Of a stretch of DNA of 40,205 nt, positions 28,028-37,582 are shown piece after piece. The position numbers and the translations under genes are program-made. Origin of the DNA: Bacteroidales bacterium (lineage in GTDB: Bacteria; Bacteroidota; Bacteroidia; Bacteroidales; 4484-276); NCBI GenBank assembly GCA_021740425.1, contig JAIOZV010000003.1, positions 1-40,205 of the forward strand, written 5' to 3'. Each line of letters begins with the position of its first letter. Positions within the stretch are counted from its first letter, which is position 1. The notes beneath the pieces are model-generated. The model ran no database searches and was not told the DNA's origin. It saw only the letters and a list, made by a program, of their open reading frames with translations.

Positions 28028-31000
28028 TTAGTTGATAATAATTTTTTGATAATACATACCATTTAAGGTTTGAAGCCTGATCAAATACACACCTTTGGGT
28101 TGTGTGTTTAAAATAATAATTGTGGATACGGTGGTAGTTTGGTGTAAAATCTCATCCCCGAAGGCATTAAAAATTACCACTTGAGTTTCCTCTGAAATTC
28201 CCTCCAGGTTGAAAGTTCCTGATGAAGGATTCGGGTAGATTCTGATTTCAGTAGCACTGATATTACTTATTCCGGCTGGTGAAAGCTTAAGTTGATTAAT
28301 AGCCGAAATACTAAAATTATGGAATCTCCCGGAAGCATCAAGGCCAGCCTCAAAGGTAGGCAGGAGATCGAAAAATTCACCTGTAGCCGACCTGAATACT
28401 TTGAAACTCATCATTTCATCATTCTCAAAACCCTCAACCTGTGGGGTGTAAACATCATCACCTGTCACTACCAGACCCAACGAATTTCCGTCAAAATTAG
28501 CCAATCCTGCACAATTTCCTGCGCTCGTGAATGATCCGATGACATCTCCGATGGCTAATTGCCCCAATGCATCCGGTGAAAATGCAACAATATGCGATCC
28601 CGGTGAATATGCCGGAGCCTCCCATGGTGAAATATTTATAAATTCAGGTTCGCTATTTAAACTCATCTTGCCTGAAGAATTGGTAAAATCAATTGTTCCG
28701 GCAGAATTCATAAACACAAAGTAGGATTTGCCAACTTCCAGATTGACGATGGTATTGATATTGTATTCCGGCCAATAAACTTTCCATCCTGCTACTTCAA
28801 GTACAATCTTAACATCAGCAATGGCGTTAAAAATCTGTGTAACATCTACATTAGTTTTACTCAAAACCGGAATCAAATTCCAGTTCTGCACCAGTTGAAG
28901 AACCTTATCCGAAATCTCCTCACCACAAAAAATCATCTGATCATCAGCAGCCATTTTCACAACATAACCTGAGGTATCCACCCAATTCAGGGTATCGATA
29001 ATTCCTGGCCAGAAGGCACTTTCAAAATTGTAGGCCACAATCAGGTGGTTCAAAATCGGGTTGAATAAATCATAGTTATTGTTGCTGTTGTATGGCAAAA
29101 GATAACTCGACAGTCCGTTCCAGCCTTCAAACAAAAATACTGTTTGCTCCTCACGAATATACAAATCGAGGCAATCAACTGCTTCCAACAGGCACGGGCT
29201 GATGGGATACGCCTGCAGGCAAAGGTTCACGTAGCCAAGTTGGATGTCAGTAGCACCCGGTGTATAGCCAGTTCCCAAATCTGAAGGATTATCAAAAATG
29301 CCATCACCGCTGCTTAACCAAAGTACTGCACTGAAATCAGTTGCAGCACCAGAAAGTGTGTGAGTATCACCCGGACAAATCGTGGCATCAATACCGGCAA
29401 CAGCAGTTGCCTGCTTTATGATGGACAAGGTCAGCATGTCCATATTATATACTATACAAGGCAAAATTGGATCGACAGACATGGTCAGGTCAACTGAACC
29501 AAGCGAAATATCTGCAGAACCGGGAGCATAAGTCGGGTTTAACGAAGTTGGATCATTAAACACCCCATCTCCTGAAGTTACCCAGGCAATGGCACTATAA
29601 TTTGATGCCCAAGCTGCCGCAAGCGTAAAATTATCAGTTTCGCAAATAGTTGCATCGGAACCTGCATTTGCCTGGGGCAGTGGTTGCACGGCCACATCTA
29701 CCGAAGCTGCGACCGAAATACCAACATCAGTTACTAGCACATTGTAAGTGATGTCCTGTGCGGGCGTATCCGTCGGGTTTTTAATATTTGAGATAAATCC
29801 CGGCGGTACTGAGCTCCATAAATAGCCCGGACTGCCTGAACCACCTGTAACAATGGCATCGAGTTGCACAACATCGCCTTCACAAACACCGGCTGGTGTG
29901 GCAGTTGCTGAAACCGAAAGTCCGCTAATGGAAGTTAAGCCTGACAACCCGTAAGGAACAAATTGTCCGTTGCTTTGTGGCAAAGCCGGATTGTAAGAAA
30001 CGGTTACAAATTCTTCAATACCCGTTGCAGCATGATACAATTTCCACGTTAAGGTTTCACCTGTATCAAATCCGTCTTTTGGAATGTTTGTATTATCATC
30101 GCCATTTGCAAGCACCACCTGATCGTTTACACCATCCCAAATTTGTGCACCGCCACAAGCCATATCACCGTTGTCATCGGTGTAGAAAACTCCAATGGCA
30201 TCATCCACAGAGAGATTTGTACCAATGATGCTTGTGGTGAGCGGTACCAGAATTGTGTGGGTTGAAGGTGTGATGAAATATCCCCACCCTTCAGGAAGGA
30301 TTCTAACCATATAATCCTCCACCTCTCCATTTTCGGCAGACCCGTAATAATTCAATCCACCCTGTGAATCAAATCTGAACCTCATGTATGAATTGCCAAC
30401 AGCGGCAAAAGCAGGAACATTTAAAGTAAGAGTATTCCAGCCTGCTGAAAGATTCAAATCAGTAAAAACGTGGTCGATCGCCTCGGCCCAGGTATTGTTC
30501 CTGTCGATATCGAGCCATACGTTGAGAACTCCATCCACTGAGGCCAGCACTTTAATTGTTGTGGGTTTCCCCTGAACCAGTGGCGTGCGGAACACAACGC
30601 CATCTTCATCTGCAACATTGGCAATGTCATCGCCTGTTGCGGGAAGATTGGGCTGTCCGTCTGGTTCGGCATCAACAGAGTTTCCGAGATAGGTGATTCC
30701 ATCCACTATATGCCTTGCCCCGTTGTTGGCAAGCAAGGTTGGGTAGGGTTCATCGGGGGCATCACCGAAATCGAGGTAATCAGGTGGATTGTCCTGCGAG
30801 GTAATAACAAATGCCATATCACTGTATCGTGTTGGCTGTGGTATATTCCAAACATAACTTGTCCATGGCAACGTTGATGTTATGTAAGCCGCAGGACACA
30901 ATACCGAAACTGTTGATCGGTCAGATTCCTGCCACCTCCATATTGCGGGATTTTCAGGATTAATAGCGTAGGCACAGATATCAAGCCAGTAAGTTTGTCC

Positions 31001-34000
31001 GGCAATCTGATCGAAAGGCACATTGAGGAGATACTCATATTGATAAATAATTTTGCCTTCGTTGTTGAACTCTCCTGTATTGGTTTCGTTAGCTAACCCA
31101 AAGGGAACATCCATACCCCAAATTTCGCTGCCCAATGGCAGGCAGGTCTGAGGATCGTTTTGATGAATACTCAGATGGAAGTGATCTATTCCGCTTCCAA
31201 TGGCTTCATAATTTCCCCACCATTGAATAGCTGTTACCTGACCACCGGTACACAGCCAGTCATCAGCAATTATGGCGTAAAGGTATTGACTCATGGAGAT
31301 ATAATCGTGGCAATGCAGTCCTGAATTTTCGGGACAGGGCTCCTGTTGCCATTTTATGCCCTGATCATGAATAATATTCACCAGATAATCTTCAACTTCT
31401 CCATTATCAGCACTTCCAAAATAAGGAAGTCCGGGGAAGGTAGCAAACCTGAAACGAGCAAAAGCAGCTCCTTCGGAAGCATCAGACGGAACCATGAAAT
31501 TGAGGCAAACGGTGGATGGAAAATGAATGTATTCATCGGTGAAAATCTGTTCATTGGCATCATCCCAATCACCATCCTGATTAAAGTCCATCCACCCTTG
31601 CAGGAATCCTGCAATACTTGTTGTTAGGGTTATTTGTGCTGGGCTTCCTGATTTAATCAGGCCGAAGCTGATGCCATCTTCATCGGCGAGATTCTTCAAG
31701 TCATCACCGGTGGCATTGGCATTTGGTTGGCCATCAGGTTCTGAATCAATGAGGCTACCCATGAATACCTGACCACCAAGAATATGCCTTGCTCCGTTGT
31801 CGGCAAGTAGCGTAGGATAGGTTTCGGGAGCATCCCCAAAATCAGCAGCAATTACAGTAACTGTAAATGTTGTAGTCGTTACAAAACCATTAGTATAGGT
31901 AAATGCGTAGATTATTGGAAAAATACCTTCCTGGTTCGGATAAAACCATCCATCAATAACATGGGGTCCTGCATATTGCCCTCCTTCCGGTATTCCTCCT
32001 AAGAGTTTAAACGGCGGAGCATCCAGACCGATCTGGATGTCACCCGGAGGAAATTCTGCCGGCCTCACCCTGATAACTTCGATATCTTCTTCAGCCTTAT
32101 TTCCATCCTCATCAACAACTCTAACGCGAACTGCCGTTCTGCCGGAATGTGGCATGGGAACCGGAATCGGTTCAGGATCCGGGCCTTCAGAAATTTGCCC
32201 GCCTGCCGGAACAATGGAAGGTTCATTTGGACAAATCATTAATGTTGATCTTAATTTTATCGTGTCATCAACAATCAATTGATAGCCTTCCTCATCCTCC
32301 CAATTTGAAGTTAGACCATTTTCATCCACATCAAATATTAGTTTTCTTGCACTATCAGGATCACAATAATCAAATCTTTTATGTCCCGCAACATTTGTTT
32401 CATGTACCGAACTCATTGTCATATAGTGATATGTTTTTATACAAGAATCACCAACCCATTTTATCATTTCAAACATACTTATCATATCCTGGCTTACACC
32501 ATTTGTAACTCCGTCATTTACCAGATGTGAATTGAGTTCTTCCAGGCCAAATTCACTGAAGGGCTTAAATCGGTTGACGCTAAACCCACCACCATGATTA
32601 TTGATCCAACGTGTAATTCCATTGTACATACCATTCTCGGTAGTACCGTTTTCAGCGGTTGTTCCCATATAGCTTTTGAGTGAATCCATGAGATCATTAT
32701 CACTCAAATTACCTGTGAGTTCAGCATATTTAACGCTGTCGTGATTAACAAAATATTTTAAACACATTGCTATGGAAGCAGGGCCACACGAAAAGCTGTC
32801 AGGCTGTTGTATCAATGGGAAATTTTTGTCATAAACATCAGCTAGTGAATCCGTTTCCTGTGTAAACACATAATCAATATTAGCATCAATAGGAGTTATC
32901 ACCAGGTTTAGAAAATCCTGATCGGTGATAAAACCATTTTCAATATTTAACACATAGGAATCAGGAGGTGTTGGGTCGTATTGCAAAGTAGCATCAGAAA
33001 GCACTGCAATGGTTTCGCCTTGTGAAGTTACAGCCTCAGCCATGAAATAAACCTGACTTAATTCATGCAGGAGCATGGCATGTTCAAGATAAGCGCACCA
33101 GCCATCCCTTTCAGGTAAATAATCCTGCACGTTTGATGGTGCTGCATTACTACTACCATCTGTATCAGTGCAGAACAATTGCCAGCCGCTCAGGTCGGGA
33201 TTCTGGGTAAAAAAGAAATTAACATAAGCTATCTGGTTGTCAGGATCAACACATTGCAAATTTACCGGAGTCACATTATCGACACCAGAAATCCATTGAT
33301 ACCAGGGCTCCGGATTTGTTTTTCCGTTGGGAACCAACACCAGTTCATGCGGGAGCTGAGCCTGCGAAACATATTCAACCGGATAGTCCAGCCTGGATTT
33401 GTTTCCGTCTTCATCAATTATCTGAATCCGAATCCAGTACAACCCGGGGGTTTCGATGGGAATTGGATATGGAACTGGCACTGGACCCGGAATAATTGTT
33501 CCGGTTCCTGGATTTATCGATGACTCTTTAGGGCAAATAATAACGGTTGAAAAAATGGCAGAGCCATCCGGAACGACAGAGTTTCCCTGACTATCGGTAA
33601 AACCATCAACGGTGCCTGTTTCGGGATTCACATATCCATCAATATTTTCACCTGTCCAGGGATCCATAAAATCAATTCTAATTCGGCCATCCGGTTCAGG
33701 CCTGTTCGACACCGAGTTAAAAGTCATGAAATGCCCGCCATCGTTCCATCTGAAGAGGGTAATGATATCCTGACATCGCTCGAGTTCATCGCGCATGGTT
33801 TTCCAGTTGAATGGTATCCTGCGCACGGTAAAACCTCCGCCATGAGCATTGATCCATTCCAATGCTCCCTTTTCAAGATCGGTGTCCCAGGTACCATTTA
33901 CAGAGTCTGTTTTGCAATAGTTTTTCAACCATTCGATCAGCTCTGCAAGCGAATATCCTCCACAAACGTCAGGATGCCCGTGACTTTCAAAATATTTGAG

Positions 34001-36349
34001 GCATGCCGCCAGAGCCGTTGGCCCGCAATCCATACCTCCCGGTTGCTGTGCAGGAGGTATCCCTTTCTCGAAATACTCCTGCTTGGGCTCAACTGCAATT
34101 TCAATATTTAAAATATTTGCAGCATCAGGCAAAACCTCAAGCAAAATGTAGGGTTGGTTGGTAATAAAAAAATCGTAAAGATTGGTTGTAACAGACGAAG
34201 GTGGTGTAACATCCCATTTTGTACTGAACTCGGTGAATACATCAAAAAATGAATCCACATAAAACACCCGTGCCATAAATTCCAGATCTGCATTTTCATC
34301 GGGGAGCATGCTGTGATCAAGGTAGCCACTCCATCCATCTACCTCAGTGGTTCCGGAAGGCAAAGACCCGGGAGCAAGTCCGCTTTGTCCGTTTTCATCG
34401 CTGCCAAAAAGTATCCACTCGCCGATTCCTGCTATCGAATAGTAAAATTCAACATAAAGAATACCTTCATTTTGCTCGGGGTAAAATTCAACCTTTGTAA
34501 CACCATCCGATCCGCCAATCCATCGATGCCAGTCCTCGGAGTGAAGCCAGTCTCCAACTTTTAGCATGCCTCCGGTAACTTGTGGAGTATAGGGCATCAA
34601 TGAGATATCATCATAATAAATGTACTCCGAAACATCGCCCGAAAATAAATCCAAAGCGACAAAATCAGGAAGTCCGGCGGGTAAAATACCTTCTGTCCAG
34701 CTTTTGGAGGTCAGAATTTCACCGTTGTAACTTATGGTTTGTGTATCGTTATTAAAATCAACGATCACTTCTATTTCTACCCATTGACCTTTGAGGAGCG
34801 GCAATGTTGCACCCTCAAAATCACTTTCCACTAAATTGTTTTTGGTGTCAAATTTCAGTTGGGTTGACCAATTGCAATCTTCAAGAGTTAAACCATAGGA
34901 GTTGAGCAGGGTGATGTAGCTTGAACCAAATACAGCCTGCTGAGGAATGAATTGCCATGCTGAAAGCCTCCAAAGGTCAGCATTACATCCGTTAAACTGA
35001 TGCACAATGTCATCACCGGTAAAATCGGGATTCCCAAGAATCTGAAGTGCATTCAAACCTGAATGTGAATTTTCATTTGTAATAAGGGCGGTAGTAGAAG
35101 CAGAACCTGCAAACCAAAATTCCCATCCATTTAGGCCAACAATTTGCGACCCAACCGCATAATCTTCGAAATTATCCTCCCAGGGAGGGTTTATGCTGCC
35201 AATCCATTTATCGATAGTGTAGGATGTTGAATTTACCTGATAATCATCAACCCACAATGTAAAGCCATGAAATCCCGGTTCAACCGGAATCAGGAAATCA
35301 TTGTTTGGCTTTGCATTGAAATAGCTATTACCATCCATAAGCAAAAGTGCCCTGAGAGGATTGGCAAATGGATAGGTATGATAATCGCGCCATTTAACCA
35401 GAGCATGGTTTCCAAATTGGATGATCTCAAATGGACATTCAAAATCGATTTGTGGCACTGGATTTATATTTACAAAATAGTATCCTCTGAAGCTAAATGG
35501 ATCCTCAAAAGGCGGATCTATTGTAATATCTAGCAAAACTTTCCCTGAGGGATGCAAGGGATCGGTGAAAGCACCCACCCACAATTGATCCCCTTCAAGA
35601 AAGGCATATTCGAGAAATACCTGTGTATCCTCAAAAGGTGTAACTGTCATGGCGGTTTCGGGGGGATAATATCCGGGAAGGCCAAATAAAAGGTCTGTAA
35701 ATTCCCCCGGAAAAACCGCTTTATCGGGCATAATGGCCTTTTCTTCGGGTAATGCATCTTCACCGGGTAAAGTAATACTTGCTGCTGCCTGGCGCATTTC
35801 GGTTGAATCGTGCTGCGAAAGATTTCCATCTGAACCATTTGAGGGCCCCGATCCTTTCATCACATCAGATCCATTTGCAGCCTCATCGGTATCATTCAAT
35901 CCGATGGCATGACCAAGTTCGTGTGTAACTACCTCTTTTATACTAAGAGGAGAGGTATCTTCAGCAATTGTAATTGTTGCATCTGTTACTTTTCCTTCTT
36001 CATTTTCATGCCAGGTTATCAATCCGGCATTCCCTTCACCAGGGTCTCCCTGGGTAATGGTAATATTTGCATCTGCTGAGTTGCTCACCTCTTTAAATTT
36101 GGGTTCGCATCCGGCATTATTCCATCTGCTTATGCCAGCCCGAACTGAGTCTTTTTCAGCTTCAGTCCAGGTGTCATCAATATAAACATTTAATGAATCG
36201 GGATTCCCTGCCCATCCTGCGTAACCAGGAATAACTTCACGTGTTTGTTTTGATTCCTGGGCATTTGTTGATATGCCTGCCAGACATAATGCAACAATAA
36301 TAAATGGCAGCAAGAAAATTCTAAAATTCTTTGTACGATTAGCTTTCAT
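28028..36349 (-). CDS. 2773-aa T9SS-secreted multidomain protein: metzincin, lectin-like beta-sandwich, two C39-like peptidase modules, two GEVED domains, Ig-like repeats, CTD
   Basis: Signal peptide. HELGHAIGLND (H143/E144/H147/D153) with Met-turn SDVM164. Q-x5-CGP at C775 and C1188 with downstream H873/D896 and H1308/D1330. DFGDAP...GEVEDY occurs twice. CTD YPNPS...KGVYLI...KIIIN. Confidence 0.85.
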   Translation of the reverse strand: MKANRTKNFRIFLLPFIIVALCLAGISTNAQESKQTREVIPGYAGWAGNPDSLNVYIDDTWTEAEKDSVRAGISRWNNAGCEPKFKEVSNSADANITITQGDPGEGNAGLITWHENEEGKVTDATITIAEDTSPLSIKEVVTHELGHAIGLNDTDEAANGSDVMKGSGPSNGSDGNLSQHDSTEMRQAAASITLPGEDALPEEKAIMPDKAVFPGEFTDLLFGLPGYYPPETAMTVTPFEDTQVFLEYAFLEGDQLWVGAFTDPLHPSGKVLLDITIDPPFEDPFSFRGYYFVNINPVPQIDFECPFEIIQFGNHALVKWRDYHTYPFANPLRALLLMDGNSYFNAKPNNDFLIPVEPGFHGFTLWVDDYQVNSTSYTIDKWIGSINPPWEDNFEDYAVGSQIVGLNGWEFWFAGSASTTALITNENSHSGLNALQILGNPDFTGDDIVHQFNGCNADLWRLSAWQFIPQQAVFGSSYITLLNSYGLTLEDCNWSTQLKFDTKNNLVESDFEGATLPLLKGQWVEIEVIVDFNNDTQTISYNGEILTSKSWTEGILPAGLPDFVALDLFSGDVSEYIYYDDISLMPYTPQVTGGMLKVGDWLHSEDWHRWIGGSDGVTKVEFYPEQNEGILYVEFYYSIAGIGEWILFGSDENGQSGLAPGSLPSGTTEVDGWSGYLDHSMLPDENADLEFMARVFYVDSFFDVFTEFSTKWDVTPPSSVTTNLYDFFITNQPYILLEVLPDAANILNIEIAVEPKQEYFEKGIPPAQQPGGMDCGPTALAACLKYFESHGHPDVCGGYSLAELIEWLKNYCKTDSVNGTWDTDLEKGALEWINAHGGGFTVRRIPFNWKTMRDELERCQDIITLFRWNDGGHFMTFNSVSNRPEPDGRIRIDFMDPWTGENIDGYVNPETGTVDGFTDSQGNSVVPDGSAIFSTVIICPKESSINPGTGTIIPGPVPVPYPIPIETPGLYWIRIQIIDEDGNKSRLDYPVEYVSQAQLPHELVLVPNGKTNPEPWYQWISGVDNVTPVNLQCVDPDNQIAYVNFFFTQNPDLSGWQLFCTDTDGSSNAAPSNVQDYLPERDGWCAYLEHAMLLHELSQVYFMAEAVTSQGETIAVLSDATLQYDPTPPDSYVLNIENGFITDQDFLNLVITPIDANIDYVFTQETDSLADVYDKNFPLIQQPDSFSCGPASIAMCLKYFVNHDSVKYAELTGNLSDNDLMDSLKSYMGTTAENGTTENGMYNGITRWINNHGGGFSVNRFKPFSEFGLEELNSHLVNDGVTNGVSQDMISMFEMIKWVGDSCIKTYHYMTMSSVHETNVAGHKRFDYCDPDSARKLIFDVDENGLTSNWEDEEGYQLIVDDTIKLRSTLMICPNEPSIVPAGGQISEGPDPEPIPVPMPHSGRTAVRVRVVDEDGNKAEEDIEVIRVRPAEFPPGDIQIGLDAPPFKLLGGIPEGGQYAGPHVIDGWFYPNQEGIFPIIYAFTYTNGFVTTTTFTVTVIAADFGDAPETYPTLLADNGARHILGGQVFMGSLIDSEPDGQPNANATGDDLKNLADEDGISFGLIKSGSPAQITLTTSIAGFLQGWMDFNQDGDWDDANEQIFTDEYIHFPSTVCLNFMVPSDASEGAAFARFRFATFPGLPYFGSADNGEVEDYLVNIIHDQGIKWQQEPCPENSGLHCHDYISMSQYLYAIIADDWLCTGGQVTAIQWWGNYEAIGSGIDHFHLSIHQNDPQTCLPLGSEIWGMDVPFGLANETNTGEFNNEGKIIYQYEYLLNVPFDQIAGQTYWLDICAYAINPENPAIWRWQESDRSTVSVLCPAAYITSTLPWTSYVWNIPQPTRYSDMAFVITSQDNPPDYLDFGDAPDEPYPTLLANNGARHIVDGITYLGNSVDAEPDGQPNLPATGDDIANVADEDGVVFRTPLVQGKPTTIKVLASVDGVLNVWLDIDRNNTWAEAIDHVFTDLNLSAGWNTLTLNVPAFAAVGNSYMRFRFDSQGGLNYYGSAENGEVEDYMVRILPEGWGYFITPSTHTILVPLTTSIIGTNLSVDDAIGVFYTDDNGDMACGGAQIWDGVNDQVVLANGDDNTNIPKDGFDTGETLTWKLYHAATGIEEFVTVSYNPALPQSNGQFVPYGLSGLTSISGLSVSATATPAGVCEGDVVQLDAIVTGGSGSPGYLWSSVPPGFISNIKNPTDTPAQDITYNVLVTDVGISVAASVDVAVQPLPQANAGSDATICETDNFTLAAAWASNYSAIAWVTSGDGVFNDPTSLNPTYAPGSADISLGSVDLTMSVDPILPCIVYNMDMLTLSIIKQATAVAGIDATICPGDTHTLSGAATDFSAVLWLSSGDGIFDNPSDLGTGYTPGATDIQLGYVNLCLQAYPISPCLLEAVDCLDLYIREEQTVFLFEGWNGLSSYLLPYNSNNNYDLFNPILNHLIVAYNFESAFWPGIIDTLNWVDTSGYVVKMAADDQMIFCGEEISDKVLQLVQNWNLIPVLSKTNVDVTQIFNAIADVKIVLEVAGWKVYWPEYNINTIVNLEVGKSYFVFMNSAGTIDFTNSSGKMSLNSEPEFINISPWEAPAYSPGSHIVAFSPDALGQLAIGDVIGSFTSAGNCAGLANFDGNSLGLVVTGDDVYTPQVEGFENDEMMSFKVFRSATGEFFDLLPTFEAGLDASGRFHNFSISAINQLKLSPAGISNISATEIRIYPNPSSGTFNLEGISEETQVVIFNAFGDEILHQTTTVSTIIILNTQPKGVYLIRLQTLNGMYYQKIIIN
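32070..34570 (-). repeat. Tandem intragenic duplication of a module of about 410-430 aa (beta domain plus C39-like peptidase); boundaries approximate
   Basis: Paired motifs WHRWIGGSDGVT/WYQWISGVDNVT, DGWSGYLDHSML/DGWCAYLEHAML, WDVTPP/YDPTPP, CLKYF twice, WIN.HGGGF.V.R twice, ICPKESSI/ICPNEPSI and DEDGNK twice. Confidence 0.85.
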
Positions 36350-36631
36350 TTTTTTGATGTTATTTGGTAAATAGATAGAAAGAAAATTTCTTACAATAGG
36401 AGGTTAGATTAGTTTTCGTCACATTACTATTTATTCCATAGGCAGCAGTTTTGGTTTAACTTTAAAAGCCGCTAAATATACACAATTTTTAAATGTAAAT
36501 CAAGGTTAGCCACTGGCTTTCAATCTTATAAAATGTTAAGAGCCATAAAAAACCAATCCTCAGTCAGGAAGAACGGCATTTAATGGCAAGGAGGAATAAA
36601 AGAGGGATGTGAAGAGCTGGAGGATAATATG

Positions 36632-36664
36632 AAAAAAGCCCTCAATTTTAAATTGAAGGCTTTT
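36632..36664 (-). terminator. Intrinsic terminator after the small T9SS gene
   Basis: Minus strand AAAAGCCTTCAATTT-A-AAATTGAGGGCTTTTTT; stem with one G:U pair and a T tract. Confidence 0.75.
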
Positions 36665-36686
36665 GATATTTCTTTGGAATGGCAGG

Positions 36687-37421
36687 TTATCTGGAAACTA
36701 CCAAACGTTTGGTTTCTAAAATTTCATTATCCAAATTTACTGAGTAAAAATAAATCCCATCATTAAGGTCGTTAACATCAACAACAGCTTTACCATTGTT
36801 TCCAAAAATATTTACCTCTTTAACTTTTGCACCAAGAAGGTTGTGGATATTTATTGTTGCATTGTGGTATCCTGACGGGAAACTATAATCAAAAGTAACT
36901 TGCGAATTGGCTGGATTCGGGTATGGATTTGAAACAAATACTTTATCGGTTTTCGGCTCATCAATACCTACACTTTGGGTGGCCAGGAAATCAACGTAGA
37001 AATAGGTTGAATCGCCGGGATTGCTTTGAGGGAAAAAACTATAGCACATTTTTGTCATACCCTCAATTCCGCCAGGCATATAATGGCCACTAAATTCATT
37101 TGTTGTTTGGCCGGGGCTGAGAACGATGGTGAGCGGTGACAAATAAACACTTGGAGCAAAGCATATTCCCCAGCAAAATGTATTGCTTGTACCCGGCATT
37201 ACATCAAGTTCAATTTTTCTGCAATAAAGCGTTAAGGTTTCGTTCGAAACATTTTTTACCGACATTTCGGCTACGAGTTCAATTGCAATTGGATAATCCA
37301 CAACATTTACCGTTTCGCCCATTTCGAAAAGTTCACCTTCATGATAAAGTTCAAGAGATTGAGCATTGGCGTTAAATAAAAACCCCAGTAAAACAAGTAA
37401 GGAAAGTATGAGTTTTTTCAT
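36687..37421 (-). CDS. Small T9SS cargo protein (one beta-rich domain with CWGxC motif plus CTD)
   Basis: Signal peptide MKKLILSLLVLLGFLFNANA-Q, FCWGICF, and CTD YPNPA...DGIYFY...KRLVVSR. Confidence 0.85.
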   Translation of the reverse strand: MKKLILSLLVLLGFLFNANAQSLELYHEGELFEMGETVNVVDYPIAIELVAEMSVKNVSNETLTLYCRKIELDVMPGTSNTFCWGICFAPSVYLSPLTIVLSPGQTTNEFSGHYMPGGIEGMTKMCYSFFPQSNPGDSTYFYVDFLATQSVGIDEPKTDKVFVSNPYPNPANSQVTFDYSFPSGYHNATINIHNLLGAKVKEVNIFGNNGKAVVDVNDLNDGIYFYSVNLDNEILETKRLVVSR

Positions 37422-37500
37422 AGTTTAAGTTATTTAAAATTTTCAAAAAGTTTACAATTTTTATGCCAACATGGACTTACGGAACTTATTAAAATATTTG

Positions 37501-37508
37501 CAAAACTA
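37501..37508 (-). promoter_or_regulatory. Bacteroidota -7 box (TAGTTTTG) for the small T9SS gene
   Basis: Exact match on the minus strand in the divergent spacer. Confidence 0.5.
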
Positions 37509-37582
37509 ATGCATTATTTAATAATTTCGCACTAAAAAGTTTCAAATATTAATTAACATTCCAAATTAATAAGAAAGTTAAA

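Noticed and set aside
32300-34050. C39 domains as part of a bacteriocin export cluster
   Set aside because: There is no ABC transporter, precursor peptide or modification enzyme, and the domains are inside a T9SS cargo protein.
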